Position numbers and translations under genes: made by a program. Below the pieces are notes generated by a model that saw nothing but the letters and a program-made list of their open reading frames with translations, ran no database searches and had not been told where the DNA came from. Positions 50,406 to 51,307 of a DNA stretch of 51,307 nucleotides are shown piece by piece. The DNA is from Acetobacteraceae bacterium (lineage in GTDB: Bacteria; Pseudomonadota; Alphaproteobacteria; Acetobacterales; Acetobacteraceae), in assembly GCA_027483125.1 (NCBI GenBank), contig JAIXVH010000247.1, positions 1-51,307 of the forward strand. The letters run 5' to 3'. How positions within the stretch are numbered: position 1 is the first letter of the stretch; each line of letters starts with the position of its first letter.

Positions 50406-51307
50406 TCACATCCCCCCGATGTAGTTCGGCCCCCCGCTCCCCTCCGGCGTGCACCAGTCAATGTTCTGGCCGGGGTCCTTGATGTCGCAGGTTTTGCAAT
50501 GCACGCAGTTCTGCGCGTTGATGACCAGCTTGTGGGAGCCGTTCTCCTCCACCGCCTCATAGACGCCGGCGGGGCAGTAGCGGCTCTCTGGCGAGGCATA
50601 TTTCTCCCAATTCTCGCCCAGCCAGTTCTCCGGCGCGCGCAGCTTCAGATGCGCGGGCTGGTCTTCCTCATGGTTGGTGTTGGACAGGAACACGGAGGAC
50701 AGCCGGTCGAAGGTCAGCACGCCATCGGGCTTGGGGTATTCGATCTTCGGCGCGTCCGCGGCGCGCTTCAGCACCGCATGGTCCTCATGGTGCTTGAAGG
50801 TCCAGGGCGCCTTGCCGCGGAAGACATAGGTGTCCAACGCCGCGTTCACCATGCCGCCCCAGAAACCGAACTTCACGAAGCCCGGGCGGATGTTGCGCAC
50901 GCCGTGCAGTTCTTCCCACAGCCAGGACTGCCGCAGCATTTCGGGGTAGCTTTCCAGCACGGCGGGCTGGTCGCGGCCGAGCGCCGCATCCACCGCCTCC
51001 GCCGCCACCATGCCCGACTTCATCGCCGTATGCGTGCCCTTGATCTTGGGCACGTTCAGGAAGCCCGCGCCATCGCCGATCAGCATGCCGCCGGGGAAGA
51101 CCAGCTTCGGGATGGACTGGAACCCGCCCTCGTTCAGCGCCCGTGCCCCGTACGCGATGCGCTTGCCGCCTTCCAGCATGCCGCGCACCGCCGGGTGCGT
51201 CTTGAAACGCTGGAATTCGTCGAAGGGGGAGAGCCAGGGGTTCGGATAGTCCAGCCCCACCACGAAGCCCACGCTGACCAGGTCCTCGCCCAGCATGTAC
51301 AGCCAGG
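50406..51307 (-). CDS. Electron transfer flavoprotein-ubiquinone oxidoreductase (5' part outside window)
   Basis: [45 protein letters not shown]. Confidence 0.96.
   Translation of the reverse strand, partial: WLYMLGEDLVSVGFVVGLDYPNPWLSPFDEFQRFKTHPAVRGMLEGGKRIAYGARALNEGGFQSIPKLVFPGGMLIGDGAGFLNVPKIKGTHTAMKSGMVAAEAVDAALGRDQPAVLESYPEMLRQSWLWEELHGVRNIRPGFVKFGFWGGMVNAALDTYVFRGKAPWTFKHHEDHAVLKRAADAPKIEYPKPDGVLTFDRLSSVFLSNTNHEEDQPAHLKLRAPENWLGENWEKYASPESRYCPAGVYEAVEENGSHKLVINAQNCVHCKTCDIKDPGQNIDWCTPEGSGGPNYIGGM

Overview
GC-rich alphaproteobacterial chromosome segment; gene order and content suggest Acetobacteraceae (Roseomonas/Roseococcus-like), which is an inference. Housekeeping blocks are tRNA-Glu-recJ-glpX-pmtA, typA, hemD-Mic60-like-hemY-ribD-ribE-ribB, tRNA-Gln-ispE-TPR and ETF-QO. 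They are interleaved with accessory catabolic/transport modules: a peptide-type ABC system, three orphan Bug/TctC binding proteins and a TRAP system. No integrase, transposase, prophage, rRNA or CRISPR array was seen. The best candidate for an undescribed system is an aromatic catabolic cluster at ~22.0-29.9 kb. It holds a Rieske oxygenase, a glucarate-dehydratase-like enolase, MarR with a candidate operator, a head-to-head SucD/SucC-like CoA ligase with an enoyl-CoA hydratase, and a PcaHG intradiol dioxygenase whose substrate-pocket residues are non-canonical (beta YPW->YPV, alpha ARG->GSG). Also notable: an opine-dehydrogenase/flavin monooxygenase/fused CMD-AhpD operon; an inverted partial copy of that CMD gene bracketing a 5.8-kb cassette; a CTAG-bounded MITE-like palindrome; a deletion-frameshifted shikimate dehydrogenase; a tRNA-Gln without encoded CCA; and many probable leaderless starts.
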